Of a stretch of DNA of 64,000 bases, positions 50,048-61,710 are shown in pieces. Origin of the DNA: Lingula anatina (Eukaryota > Animalia > Brachiopoda). The notes under the pieces were generated by a model. The model was given only the letters and a program-made list of their open reading frames with translations, did not search any database and was not told the DNA's origin. How positions within the stretch are numbered: position 1 is the stretch's first letter; each line of letters starts with the position of its first letter. Location: the NCBI GenBank assembly GCA_051362555.1, contig JBPQGU010000016.1, positions 372,001 through 436,000 on the forward strand. The letters run 5' to 3'. The position numbers and the translations under genes are program-made.

Positions 50048-53000
50048 CTTACTAGGAACGTACTAAGCAGGCCTATCAGTGGATACGATCCAAATTGTTT
50101 TGATTCTGTAGCTTTTCTGGTATTAAAGAACGTCATACCACCTGTTAACCAAACGATATCTCCTCGGCGAAATTATTTGCCAAATTTGTCTTACTCAAAA
50201 TTTCCGTGGCTGCAATCGCACCAGTAATTAAACACTTGAATGTATTTTTTTTATTCTCTCCTCTTATGGTCTCGCTAAAATTAAAACCCTCCTGTTGTGA
50301 ACCGCCTCTGATCCCAAGGTACTCTTTAATATCATGGGTAAAGCCAAAACCAATCTTGGTATAAAACCAACTCCGAGCTCCGAGTCGGGTTGTCAAACAC
50401 GACTTCGTGTACATCATGAAGTTTACCGTTCATTTCGGGGACTGGGGTTGCGTGGGCTGAAATGCAGCACCCGGATTATCGATTGCGATAGCAGGTCTCC
50501 ACATGCACACCCAATCTGGCGCTCTCCGTGACGAGGTTGAAAGTTTCCATCTGATCAATAAGAATCAACGGAGCTGTCGTGGCTGCGTGGTAACGCTGCT
50601 GGCTTACATACAGGCAGACTCTCGGTCGCTAGGTCGAGTCACAGTAGTTATCGTCTCATTTCTCTTTTTGCCAGAATTAATTTTTGAAAATTGCGATTGA
50701 TTACTATAAGAGGAAACTCGCACGTACGGAGGGTGGGCGGGTTTATCACGGAGCAGTCGGTAGCGTGCATGGATACAAATGAGACATCAAAAGCGTCATC
50801 AACCATGGTAACTCAAAGTCACGGGTTCGAGTCCCGGATGAGGCACGTCAGTCCATCACTTCAACGACCTTGCCCCTGAATCGGGATGTCACGAGACGGG
50901 AACGAATGAGGGATCTCGTGGGACTTAGCAAATTACCTTTTGCATAAAATACGGTATACTTTAGAAAGTTTACATCTGCGTCGACAATTCTATTTCCTTT
51001 CTCTTCAGTTAAAAGGCCTTATATTGGTGCCACAGATCTTGAACTTAAATTGAGCTATAACGAACTCCGTATGGCTAGCATTTCATCAAAATGTGCTATC
51101 TTCTTGGTGGGATTATCAGAGAGAAAACTTTTCATTTTTTACTAAAATTGCGTCACCTCTACTCCTTTTATCAGGCACGCATTTTGTTTGTTTGTTTGTT
51201 TGTTTGTTTGTTTGTTTGTTTGTTTTTATGCCCTTCCTTTCCTATCTTGGGCCCTTGCTTCTCAAGATGTTCATATGTTCATACAGTACCCGGGGCAAGT
51301 TAGCAGTCGACATTTGAAAGAGTAAAGACTACTCAATACTTAAACTGCCGAGGTGTGAACAGCTGTGGACGTCATCGTGCTCCACAATGTCAAAGGTGAA
51401 ACCAAACGTTATCTCAATGCAAAACCAAATGAAAATAAAAGCATCCGAAGTCAGCTTACTAGGAACGTACTAAGCAGGCCTATCAGTGAATACGATCCAA
51501 ATTGTTTTGATTCTGTAGCTTTTCCGGTATTAAAGCACGCCATACCACCAGTAGATAAACGATATCTCCTCGGCGAAATTATTTGCCAAATTTGTCTTAC
51601 TGAAAATTTCCGTGGCTACAATCGAACCAGTAATTAAACACTTGAATGTATTTTTTTTTATTCTCTCCTCTTACGGTCTCGCTAAAATTAAAACCCTCCT
51701 GTTGTGAACCGCCTCTGATCCCAAGGTACTCTTTAATATCATGGGTAAAGCCAAAACCAATCTCAGTATAAAACCAACTCCGAGCTCCGAGTCGGGTTGT
51801 CAAACACGACTTCGTGTACATCATGAAGTTCACCGTTCATTTCGGGGACTGGGGTTGCGTGGGCTGAAATGCAGCACCCGGATTATCGATTGCGATAGCA
51901 GGTCTCCACATGCACACCCAATCTGGCGCTCTCCGTGACGAGGTTGAAAGTTTCCATCTGATTCATTAGAATCAACGGAGCTGTCGTGGCTGCGTGGTAA
52001 CGCTGCTGGCTTACTTACAGGCAGACTCTCGGTCGCTAGTTCAATCACAGTAGTTTCGCCTCATTTCTCTTTTTGCCAGAATTAATTTTTGAAAATTGCG
52101 ATTGATTACTATAAGAGGAAACTCGCAAGTACAGACGGTGGGCGGGTCTGTCACGGAGCAGTCGGTAGCGTGCATGGGTACAAATGAGACATCAAAAGCG
52201 TCATCAACCATGGTAACTCAAAGTCACGGGTTCGAGTCCCGGATGAGGCACGTCAGTCCAACACTACAACGACCTTCCCCCTAAATCGGGATGTCACGAG
52301 ACGGGAACGAATGAGGGATCTCGTGGGACTTAGCAAATTACCTTTTGCATAAAAATACGGTATACTTTAGAAAGTTTACATCTGCGTCGACAATTCGATT
52401 TCCTTTCTCTTCAGTTAAAAGGCCTTATATTGGTGCCACAGATCTTGAACTTAAATTGAGCTATAACGAACTCCGTATGGCTTGCATTTCATCAAAATGT
52501 GCTATCTTCTTGGTGGGATTATCAGAGAGAAAACTTTTCATTTTTTACTAAAGTTGCGTCACCTCTACTCCTTTTATAAGGCACGCATTTTGTTTGTTTG
52601 TTTGTTTGTTTGTTTGTTTGTTTGTTTGTTTGTTTTTATGCCCTTCCTTTCCTATCTTGGGCCCTTGCTTCTCAAGATGTTCATATGTTCATACAGTACC
52701 TGGGGCAAGTTAGCAGTCGACATTTGAAAGAGTAAAGACTACTCAATACTTAAACTGCCGAGGTATGAACAGCTGTGGACGTCATCGTGCTCTACAATGT
52801 CAAAGGTGAAACCAAACGTTATCTCAATGCAAAACCAAATGAAAATAAAAGCATCCGAAGTCAGCTTACTAGGAACGTACTAAGCAGGCCTATCAGTGAA
52901 TACGATCCAAATTGTTTTGATTCTGTAGCTTTTCCGGAATTAAAGCACGCCATACCACCAGTAGATAAACGATATCTCCTCGGCGAAATTATTTGCCAAA

Positions 53001-56000
53001 TTTGTCTTATTGAAAATTTCCGTGGCTGCAATCGAACCAGTAATTAAACACTTGAATGTATTTTTTTTTTTATTCTCTCCTCTTATGGTCTCGCTAAAAT
53101 TAAAACCCTCCTGTTGTGAACCGCCTCTGATCCCAAGGTACTCTTTAATATCATGGGTAAAGCCAAAACCAATCTTGGTATAAAACCAACTCCGAGCTCC
53201 GAGTCGGGTTGTCAAACACGACTTCGTGTACATCATGAAGTTTACCGTTCATTTCGGGGACTGGGGTTGCGTGGGCTGAAATGCAGCACCCGGATTATCG
53301 ATTGCGATAGCAGGTCTCCACATGCACGCCCAATCTGGCGCTCTCCGTGACGAGGTTGAAAGTTTCCATCTGATCAATAAGATTCAACGGAGCTGTCGTG
53401 GCTGCGTGGTAACGCTGCTGGCTTACATACAGGCAGACTCTCGGTCGCTAGGTCGAGTCACAGTAGTTATCGTCTCATTTCTCTTTTTGCCAGAATCAAA
53501 TTTTGAAAATTGCGATTGATTACTATAAGAGGAAACTCGCACGTACGGAGGGTGGGCGGGTCTATCACGGAGCAGTCGGTAGCGTGCATGGATACAAATG
53601 AGACATCAAAAGCGTCATCAACCATGGTAACTCAAAGTCACGGGTTCGAGTCCCGGATGAGGCACGTCAGTCCATCACTTCAACGACCTTGCCCCTGAAT
53701 CGGGATGTCACGAGACGGGAACGAATGAGGGATCTCGTGGGACTTAGCAAATTACCTTTTGCATAAAATACGGTATACTTTAGAAAGTTTACATCTGCGT
53801 CGACAATTCTATTTCCTTTCTCTTCAGTTAAAAGGCCTTATATTGGTGCCACAGATCTTGAACTTAAATTGAGCTATAACGAACTCCGTATGGCTAGCAT
53901 TTCATCAAAATGTGCTATCTTCTTGGTGGGATTATCAGAGAGAAAACTTTTCATTTTTTACTAAAGTTGCGTCACCTCTACTCCTTTTATCAGGCACGCA
54001 TTTTGTTTGTTTGTTTGTTTGTTTGTTTGTTTGTTTGTTTGTTTGTTTTTATGCCCTTCCTTTCCTATCTTGGGCCCTTGCTTCTCAAGATGTTCATATG
54101 TTCATACAGTACCCGGGGCAAGTTAGCAGTCGACATTTGAAAGAGTAAAGACTACTCAATACTTAAACTGCCGAGGTGTGAACAGCTGTGGACGTCATCG
54201 TGTTCCACAATGTCAAAGGTGAAACCAAACGTTATCTCAATGCAAAACCAAATGAAAATAAAAGCATCCGAAGTCAGCTTACTAGGAACGTACTAGGCAG
54301 GCCTATCAGTGAATACGATCCAAATTGTTTTGATTCTGTAGCTTTTCCGGTATTAAAGCACGCCATACCACCAGTAGATAAACGATATCTCCTCGGCGAA
54401 ATTATTTGCCAAATTTGTCTTACTGAAAATTTCCGTGGCTACAATCGAACCAGTAATTAAACACTTGAATGTATTTTTTTTTATTCTCTCCTCTTACGGT
54501 CTCGCTAAAATTAAAACCCTCCTGTTGTGAACCGCCTCTGATCCCAAGGTACTCTTTAATATCATGGGTAAAGCCAAAACCAATCTCAGTATAAAACCAA
54601 CTCCGAGCTCCGAGTCGGGTTGTCAAACACGACTTCGTGTACATCATGAAGTTCACCGTTCATTTCGGGGACTGGGGTTGCGTGGGCTGAAATGCAGCAC
54701 CCGGATTATCGATTGCGATAGCAGGTCTCCACATGCACACCCAATCTGGCGCTCTCCGTGACGAGGTTGAAAGTTTCCATCTGATTCATTAGAATCAACG
54801 GAGCTGTCGTGGCTGCGTGGTAACGCTGCTGGCTTACATACAGGCAGACTCACGGTCGCTAGTTCAAGTCACAGTAGTTTCGCCTCATTTCTCTTTTTGC
54901 CAGAATTAATTTTTGAAAATTGCGATTGATTACTATAAGAGGAAACTCGCACGTACAGAGGGTGGGCGGGTCTGTCACGGAGCAGTCGGTAGCGTGCATG
55001 GGTACAAATGAGACATCAAAAGCGTCATCAACCATGGTAACTCAAAGTCACGGGTTCGAGTCCCGGATGAGGCACGTCAGTCCAACACTACAACGACCTT
55101 CCCCCTGAATCGGGATGTCACGAGACGGGAACGAATGAGGGATCTCGTGGGACTTAGCAAATTACCTTTTGCATAAAAATACGGTATACTTTAGAAAGTT
55201 TACATCTGCGTCGACAATTCGATTTCCTTTCTCTTCAGTTAAAAGGCCTTATATTGGTGCCACAGATCTTGAACTTAAATTGAGCTATAACGAACTCCGT
55301 ATGGCTTGCATTTCATCAAAATGTGCTATCTTCTTGGTGGGATTATCAGAGAGAAAACTTTTCATTTTTTACTAAAGTTGCGTCACCTCTACTCCTTTTA
55401 TCAGGCACGCATTTTGTTTGTTTGTTTGTTTGTTTGTTTGTTTGTTTTTATGCCCTTCCTTTCCTATCTTGGGCCCTTGCTTCTCAAGATGTTCATATGT
55501 TCATACAGTACCCGGGGCAAGTTAGCAGTCGACATTTGAAAGAGTAAAGACTACTCAATACTTAAACTGCCGAGGTATGAACAGCTGTGGACGTCATCGT
55601 GCTCTACAATGTCAAAGGTGAAACCAAACGTTATCTCAATGCAAAACCAAATGAAAATAAAAGCATCCGAAGTCAGCTTACTAGGAACGTACTAAGCAGG
55701 CCTATCAGTGAATACGATCCAAATTGTTTTGATTCTGTAGCTTTTCCGGTATTAAAGCACGCCATACCACCAGTAGATAAACGATATCTCCTCGGCGAAA
55801 TTATTTGCCAAATTTGTCTTACTGAAAATTTCCGTGGCTGCAATCGAACCAGTAATTAAACACTTGAATGTATTTTTTTTTTTATTCTCTCCTCTTATGG
55901 TCTCGCTAAAATTAAAACCCTCCTGTTGTGAACCGCCTCTGATCCCAAGGTACTCTTTAATATCATGGGTAAAGCCAAAACCAATTTTAGTATAAAACCA

Positions 56001-58296
56001 ACTCCGAGCTCCGAGTCGGGTTGTCAAACACGACTTCGTGTACATCATGAAGTTCACCGTTCATTTCGGGGACTGGGGTTGCGTGGGCTGAAATGCGTCA
56101 CCCGGATTATCGATTGCGATACCAGTTCTCCACATGCACACCCAATCTGGCGCTCTCCGTGACGAGGTTGAAAGTTTCCATCTGATTCATTAGAATCAAC
56201 GGAGCTGCCGTGCCTGTGTGGTAACGCTGCTGGCTTACATACAGGCAGACTCTCGGTCGCTAGTTCAAGTCACAGTAGTTATCGCCTCATTTCTCTTTTT
56301 GCCAGTAATTTTTTAAAATTGCCATTGATTACTATAAGAGGAAACTCGCACGTACAGAGGTTGGGCGGGTCTATCACGGAGCAGTCGGTAGCGTGCATGG
56401 GTACAAATGAGACATCAAAAGCGTCATCAACCATGGTAACTCAAAGTCACGGGTTCGAGTCCCGGATGGGGCACGTCAGTCCAACACTACAACGACCTTC
56501 CCCCTGAATCGGGATGTCACGAGACGGGAACGAATGAGGGATCACGTGGGACTTAGCAAATTACCTTTTGCATAAAAATACGGTATACTTTAGAAAGTTT
56601 ACATCTGCGTCGACAATTCTATTTCCTTTCTCTTCAGTTAAAAGGCCTTATATTGGTGCCACAGATCTTGAACTTAAATTGAGCTATAACGAACTCCGTA
56701 TGGCTTGCATTTCATCAAAATGTGCTATCTTCTTGGTGGGATTATCAGAGAAAAAACTTTTCATTTTTTACTAAAGTTGCGTCACCTCTACTCCTTTTAT
56801 CAGGCACGCATTTTGTTTGTTTGTTTGTTTCTTTTTTTTAATGCCCTTCCTTTCCTATGTTGGACCCTTGCTTCTCAAGATGTTCATATGTTCATACAGT
56901 ACCCGGGGCAAGTTAGCAGTCGACATTTGAAAGAGTAAAGACTACTCAATACTTAAACTGCCGAGGTGTGAACAGCTGTGGACGTCATCGTGCTCCACAA
57001 CGTCAAAGGTGAAACCAAACGTTATCTCAATGCAAAACCAAATGAAAATAAAAGCATCCGAAGTCAGCTTACTAGGAACGTACTAAGCAGGCCTATCAGT
57101 GGATACGATCCAAATTGTTTTGATTCTGTAGCTTTTCTGGTATTAAAGAACGTCATACCACCTGTTAACCAAACGATATCTCCTCGGCGGAATTATTTGC
57201 CAAATTTGTTTTACTGAAAATTTCCGTGGCTGCAATCGCACCAGTAATTAAACACTTGAATGTATTTCTTTTTTATTCTCTCCTCTTATGGTCTCGCTAA
57301 AATTAAAACCCTCCTGTTGTGAACCGCCTTTGATCGCAAGGTACTCTTTAATATCATGGGTAAAGCCAAAACCAATCTTAGTATAAAACCAACTCCGAGC
57401 TCCGAGTCGGGTTGTCAAACACGACTTCGTGTACATCATGAAGTTTACCGTTCATGTCGGGGACAGGCGTTGCGTGGGCTGAAATGCAGCACCCGGATTA
57501 TCGATTGCGACAGCAGGTCTGCACATGTACACCGAATCTGGCGCTCTCCGAGATGAGGTTGAAAGTTTTCATCTGATCAATTTGAATCAACGGAGCTTTC
57601 GTGGCTGCGTGGTAACGCTGCTGACTTACATACAGGCAGACTCCAAAAGAAAAATATACGGCATTCTCATCAATGTCTATGCATTTTACTCGGATTAAGC
57701 AACTTTGCAGTCGAAATTTAACCTCACTTTACTATTGCTCATCTCTGACTTCTTCCTTAAATAAGAATGAGCTGAACAATAACTCTAACAAAAGAACAGA
57801 TCAAATGACCGGCCTTAATGTGTACTTTTTATCGACAGTACGTACGAGAACCGTGAGTCTCTGCATTGCATTTTGCGCTAAGTAAGTGGAGAACAAAGGC
57901 TCCTATTTCGAGCCCATTGCAACCTTCAATAATAAACTTACTAACTTAAAAGAAGCGTAGGGAATCATTTCATATGTCCCTTACATAGGAGGTGATTTGG
58001 TGATTTTTTTTTTCATATTCTTAACTCAACCTGTACACCCCTTACACATGTACGTAAACACGTGAATCCGATACAGCACGTGCGATTAATGTTTGAATAA
58101 TGTTCTACAAAATACTCTTTGTCAACAAGAAATAATCATGTAATACCAGTATAGCATTGTCTCTGTAGCGCAAGACGTTAGAACATAATGAATCATAATT
58201 TTATGACAAAAAGACATTTATTCAAATGATCGACTCTAACGCAGATAAACGTTTGAAAATAAGTTGCATGGAAAGCTTGTGTAAGGCCTTTTGATT

Positions 58297-59547
58297 TCAT
58301 TGTCCAATTAATAGTGAAAAGTTATTCGGTCCTGAGCAGTACAAAGTATCGGGTGTAAATGGCTGCTGGAGACGGTTATCTAGTCCAAGGATTTTCTGTA
58401 TCTCTGGTTTTCGCAGCCAAGCTAATTTCTTCCTAATCATGGGATGAGTATGGTCCCAGTGTTGAAGGATGAAATCCGGTGTCACAAGATACGATTGGTT
58501 GCCTTTCAGTTTTGGCTTCCCTGGAATCTTTATGTAAGGACCTGGCTGTAGAGTACCTGGACTTTGGCGCGAAGACGTTCCTTTTAATACAGCTTCAATT
58601 AATGGGTTGACTTTGGGAGGATTAGTTTTTGTTTTCTTCAGCAAAGCAGACGAGATGTAGTCTCGCGGCATTTCGTAATCAAAATTTTGCTTGTACCTGT
58701 CCTTTGAGATAATTCTATTTGAAATACTATTAGCAACATGCAACGAATTGCACTGAATGCGATACCTATGATACAGCATCGAAATCAGCTGACGAGTCAT
58801 CCAGGCGCCATTAAACCACGATTCACAGTCTAGTTGCAAATCGTAAGGTACCAGAAATGACAGTGTATCCTTGTGGAAAGCATTCAAACACTCATCAAAA
58901 TCCCAGTTCAAGTTCACGGGCTCTTTTGTATTGACAAACTGTCTACTCATATCTTGGTAACGTACGTGCCCCACAGCAGGTTGGTAATACATAAGAAACT
59001 CCTCGAACAGCTGAAAAGGGTCCGAGGGCATCTTGGGCCAAGGTTTCCAATTGACCTGTCCATCCGACTTAACTGAAAGCTCCAGGTCGTCGTCCATGAA
59101 TATATAATAAAGATAACCGCCGTCTTTCATTTGGGACGCTAAGTTCACCGCGTGCTGCAGAAGCACATTTCTTCCAGAAGCAGCGGAGGTGTCTGGGGCG
59201 TAAATATCACCTGACCTGTCTGCAAATGTCAGCCAAATGACGTCACGTTCGTTTGTTTCTTGTAATCCTTTGATGTCCCCCTTTGAAGGGCTTTCAATGA
59301 GATACACAAATCTCTTCCCAGTCGTCTGGCTGTAATTTCTCGGTCGTACAACTGCATACCTTATTTCAAATATAAAACTTAGGGACTTAGGTAAGCCTAC
59401 CCAAGCATTTGGTCTTTTCATGTTTCGTGTCTTTGTGTCCCTGTTGTCTCTGTAGTTCACCACTTTGCTTCGACTCACCCATGAAATTAGAAACACTGAG
59501 GCAAATATGATAGTCGAAAGAAAAAGGAATCTCTTAGATATCCGCAT
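58297..59547 (-). CDS. Paralogue 4: type II membrane glycosyltransferase-like protein, 416 aa
   Basis: Intact ORF; anchor FLFLSTIIFASVFLISWV; YLYYIFMDDD; acceptor at 59602; AATAAA on minus strand at ~58217. Confidence 0.9.
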   Translation of the reverse strand: MRISKRFLFLSTIIFASVFLISWVSRSKVVNYRDNRDTKTRNMKRPNAWVGLPKSLSFIFEIRYAVVRPRNYSQTTGKRFVYLIESPSKGDIKGLQETNERDVIWLTFADRSGDIYAPDTSAASGRNVLLQHAVNLASQMKDGGYLYYIFMDDDLELSVKSDGQVNWKPWPKMPSDPFQLFEEFLMYYQPAVGHVRYQDMSRQFVNTKEPVNLNWDFDECLNAFHKDTLSFLVPYDLQLDCESWFNGAWMTRQLISMLYHRYRIQCNSLHVANSISNRIISKDRYKQNFDYEMPRDYISSALLKKTKTNPPKVNPLIEAVLKGTSSRQSPGTLQPGPYIKIPGKPKLKGNQSYLVTPDFILQHWDHTHPMIRKKLAWLRKPEIQKILGLDNRLQQPFTPDTLYCSGPNNFSLLIGQ

Positions 59548-59701
59548 TGTCTTCGGTAGTCGTTCCAGTATGTTGGATCATTCATGTACGAATTCACACA
59601 TCTGAAATCTAAAAACATTAATAAAATAATGTTTTCATTTCCTTATTATTTTTTTTTTTAATTTCCAAACCCATACAATAATCATATATCGACAAAAGTA
59701 T

Positions 59702-59852
59702 CAGGGGTGGATCCAGGATTATTTGAAGGGGGGTCCGCGGATGAAAAGCCGACCCCCCCCCCCCAACAATTCTAATTTCATGAGGAGACCAGAAATCGAA
59801 GGGGGGGGGGGGGGGGTCAGGACCCCCTGCTTCCCCTCCTAATCCGCCACTG
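59702..59852. mobile_element. Short G/C-run MITE (CAGGGGTGGATCC...ATCCGCCACTG)
   Basis: Imperfect TIRs; absent at the equivalent intron position of genes 2 and 3. Confidence 0.7.
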
Positions 59853-60639
59853 CGTGGATTGATACTTCGAAATGGTCTTGGTCGGTCAAATTGAATTTGT
59901 TGTAGCTTCTTTTATGTAAATTATTTATGCAGATAAAGACTCCGAACCCGCATTACGGAACGACCCCGGATTATGGAACAAAACTTGAAGTTTGTCCTTT
60001 TTTCCCAGAATGCAGAGCGTAAACAATCCCCGTTTCCACGTAAGTTTCAGGCGTCTGCTACAATGTATCAAACATGCTATGAAGACGCACACTATGACCT
60101 GACACAACTGGAGTGTTAGCGTTTGAAAGTTCGTTGCTCTCAAATTTGATAAAAAATAATAGTGAACTTACATTTATTCAAGTAGGTTTTAAAGTCGTTT
60201 ACTGTCCTCTCTCGTCTGCATATGTTACTGTCAGTTTCCGATCACGATTTCTAACAATTTTATATCGGTTACGGGTAGTTACATCGATCGCTGTCCCTCT
60301 TTTACTTCTTTAGTATGTTGTAACTTGTCTCGTCTCTTACGTTGTTTGTGTTTATAGTTCTCTGCGAATTGAAATCATTTTCAAAACGTCCACTTTCAAG
60401 AGTAACAAGCAAAGCTGAAGTATTCCAAGATCTCATAAAAATGGCTTGAATGTTCGGCAACGCTGTGGGTGCTTTCTGTGTCAACTGCCGCTAGAGGACG
60501 CTACGAGCGCTATTAGGCTCATGCGTCTTGTGCCTTTGATAAATTTGTTCTCACAAAATAACACTTCACGGTGACTTTTTATAATTGGACTTTATGAGAA
60601 AAAAAAGTTACTGACCTTGTTAATGCACGATGAATTTCA

Positions 60640-61200
60640 GCATACCAAAGAGAAAAATTCGCCCACTGCTACCGTCAGTGCCGTAGGCCTAAGGGATGAC
60701 TCGTTTTCAGTATTTATAAGAGGCGGCACGTAGGCTATATTTGACGTGCCAAAGACGAACATTTTTCATCATATTTAAAGTAGGCCTATACAAAAGACAC
60801 ATGTTTGAATTTTTTCCGATGAAAATAATAAAAAATCAAAATAGATACCCTTAACTTATTAATCATTTAGCAGGTTTGCGCCTTTCATCTATCTCTATCT
60901 TGTAGGCCTATCTTCTTCTTCTTCTCTTTTTCCTAAATATACCATAGGTGCTCTCAAGGGAGGGGTGCATGGGAAGTTGGCCCTCAGTCACTCTGATGAG
61001 GCAGCTCTAGCCGACTACTGCCTTTTAATGACCGACAGGGGGTTTACCCTCACTAAAGACTTGGTCTGCACATTTGCCCTGGCGGTGGGAAAGAATAGGA
61101 ATATGGACACGAACTTTTCAGCGTCGAACGGCTTGGTGGGATCGGTTTAGGAATCGACATTCCGAGTTGTCGCTTAGAAAACCGGGACAGATAAATAGGT
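60640..61200 (+). mobile_element. pogo/Tigger-like transposase N-terminal fragment (psq HTH plus CENP-B-type HTH)
   Basis: AIFDVPKTNIF (~60730-60765); EAALADYCLLMTDRGFTLTKDLV; after a frameshift, WWDRFRNRHSELSLRKP. Possible ends CCGAACCCG (59942) and CGGGTACGG (~61564). Confidence 0.72.
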
Positions 61201-61710
61201 GCAATATTGTAAAAAAAAATCCATGGTAAATAAATGAAAAATAATTAAAATGCATTATGAAAAATGAATTTTGTCTTTAGATGAAGATAAACACGGATAT
61301 TGGAAAATAAGAAAGCATGATTTAGGCTAAATATGAGTCAATTTTTACATTAACATGGTGAAGTTTCTTTTTTTTTTTTCAGAGGTCGAGCGGTAATGTC
61401 ACAGAAAACATTTGCAGATTTTTTTTCTTTTTTTTTTTTATGCTAAAAGATACGTTTGTAAAGCATAATCTTACGAGAGGTCGATCACTTCTTCCGGCCA
61501 TATTACAGTTTTGGAATGTGCCAATGCATTGGGGGATATAAGTTCTTCTGAACTTCGGGTACGGTTGTTCTCCCTCTGCATACTTTGATACAGATAAATA
61601 TCTGGATTGGTTTCAAAAGGTTGAGTTGTTAATGTTTCCTACAAAAGAATTATTTTGGACTTTTGGAATGTTGATCAAGAGACTTCGAAAATGCACGACG
61701 ATTTTAAATG

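Larger units (their letters stand above)
34386..57643 (+). repeat. Macrosatellite: 16 head-to-tail ~1.40-kb units plus two extra 432-bp partial copies
   Basis: Marker positions 34443, 35842, 37241, 38634, 40034, 41433, 42826, 44226, 45619, ~47028, 48428, 50691, 52096, 53510, 54920, 56319; units differ by few substitutions. Confidence 0.98.

Noticed and set aside
34386-57643. Dozens of repeated 60-100 aa ORFs (MRLITIRG, MDVIVLHN, MHKNTVYF, MGKAKTNL)
   Set aside because: Many start at TTG/GTG, frames are broken by indels and microsatellite changes between units, and no protein motifs are recognisable. They recur only because the DNA is repeated.
34386-57643. CRISPR array, rDNA, 5S, histone or snRNA cluster
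   Set aside because: No repeat-spacer pattern and no recognisable rRNA or histone sequence. ATACTTAAACTG, GGAAACTCG and AATTTTTG only faintly recall U1 or Sm sites and are not in the right order or spacing.
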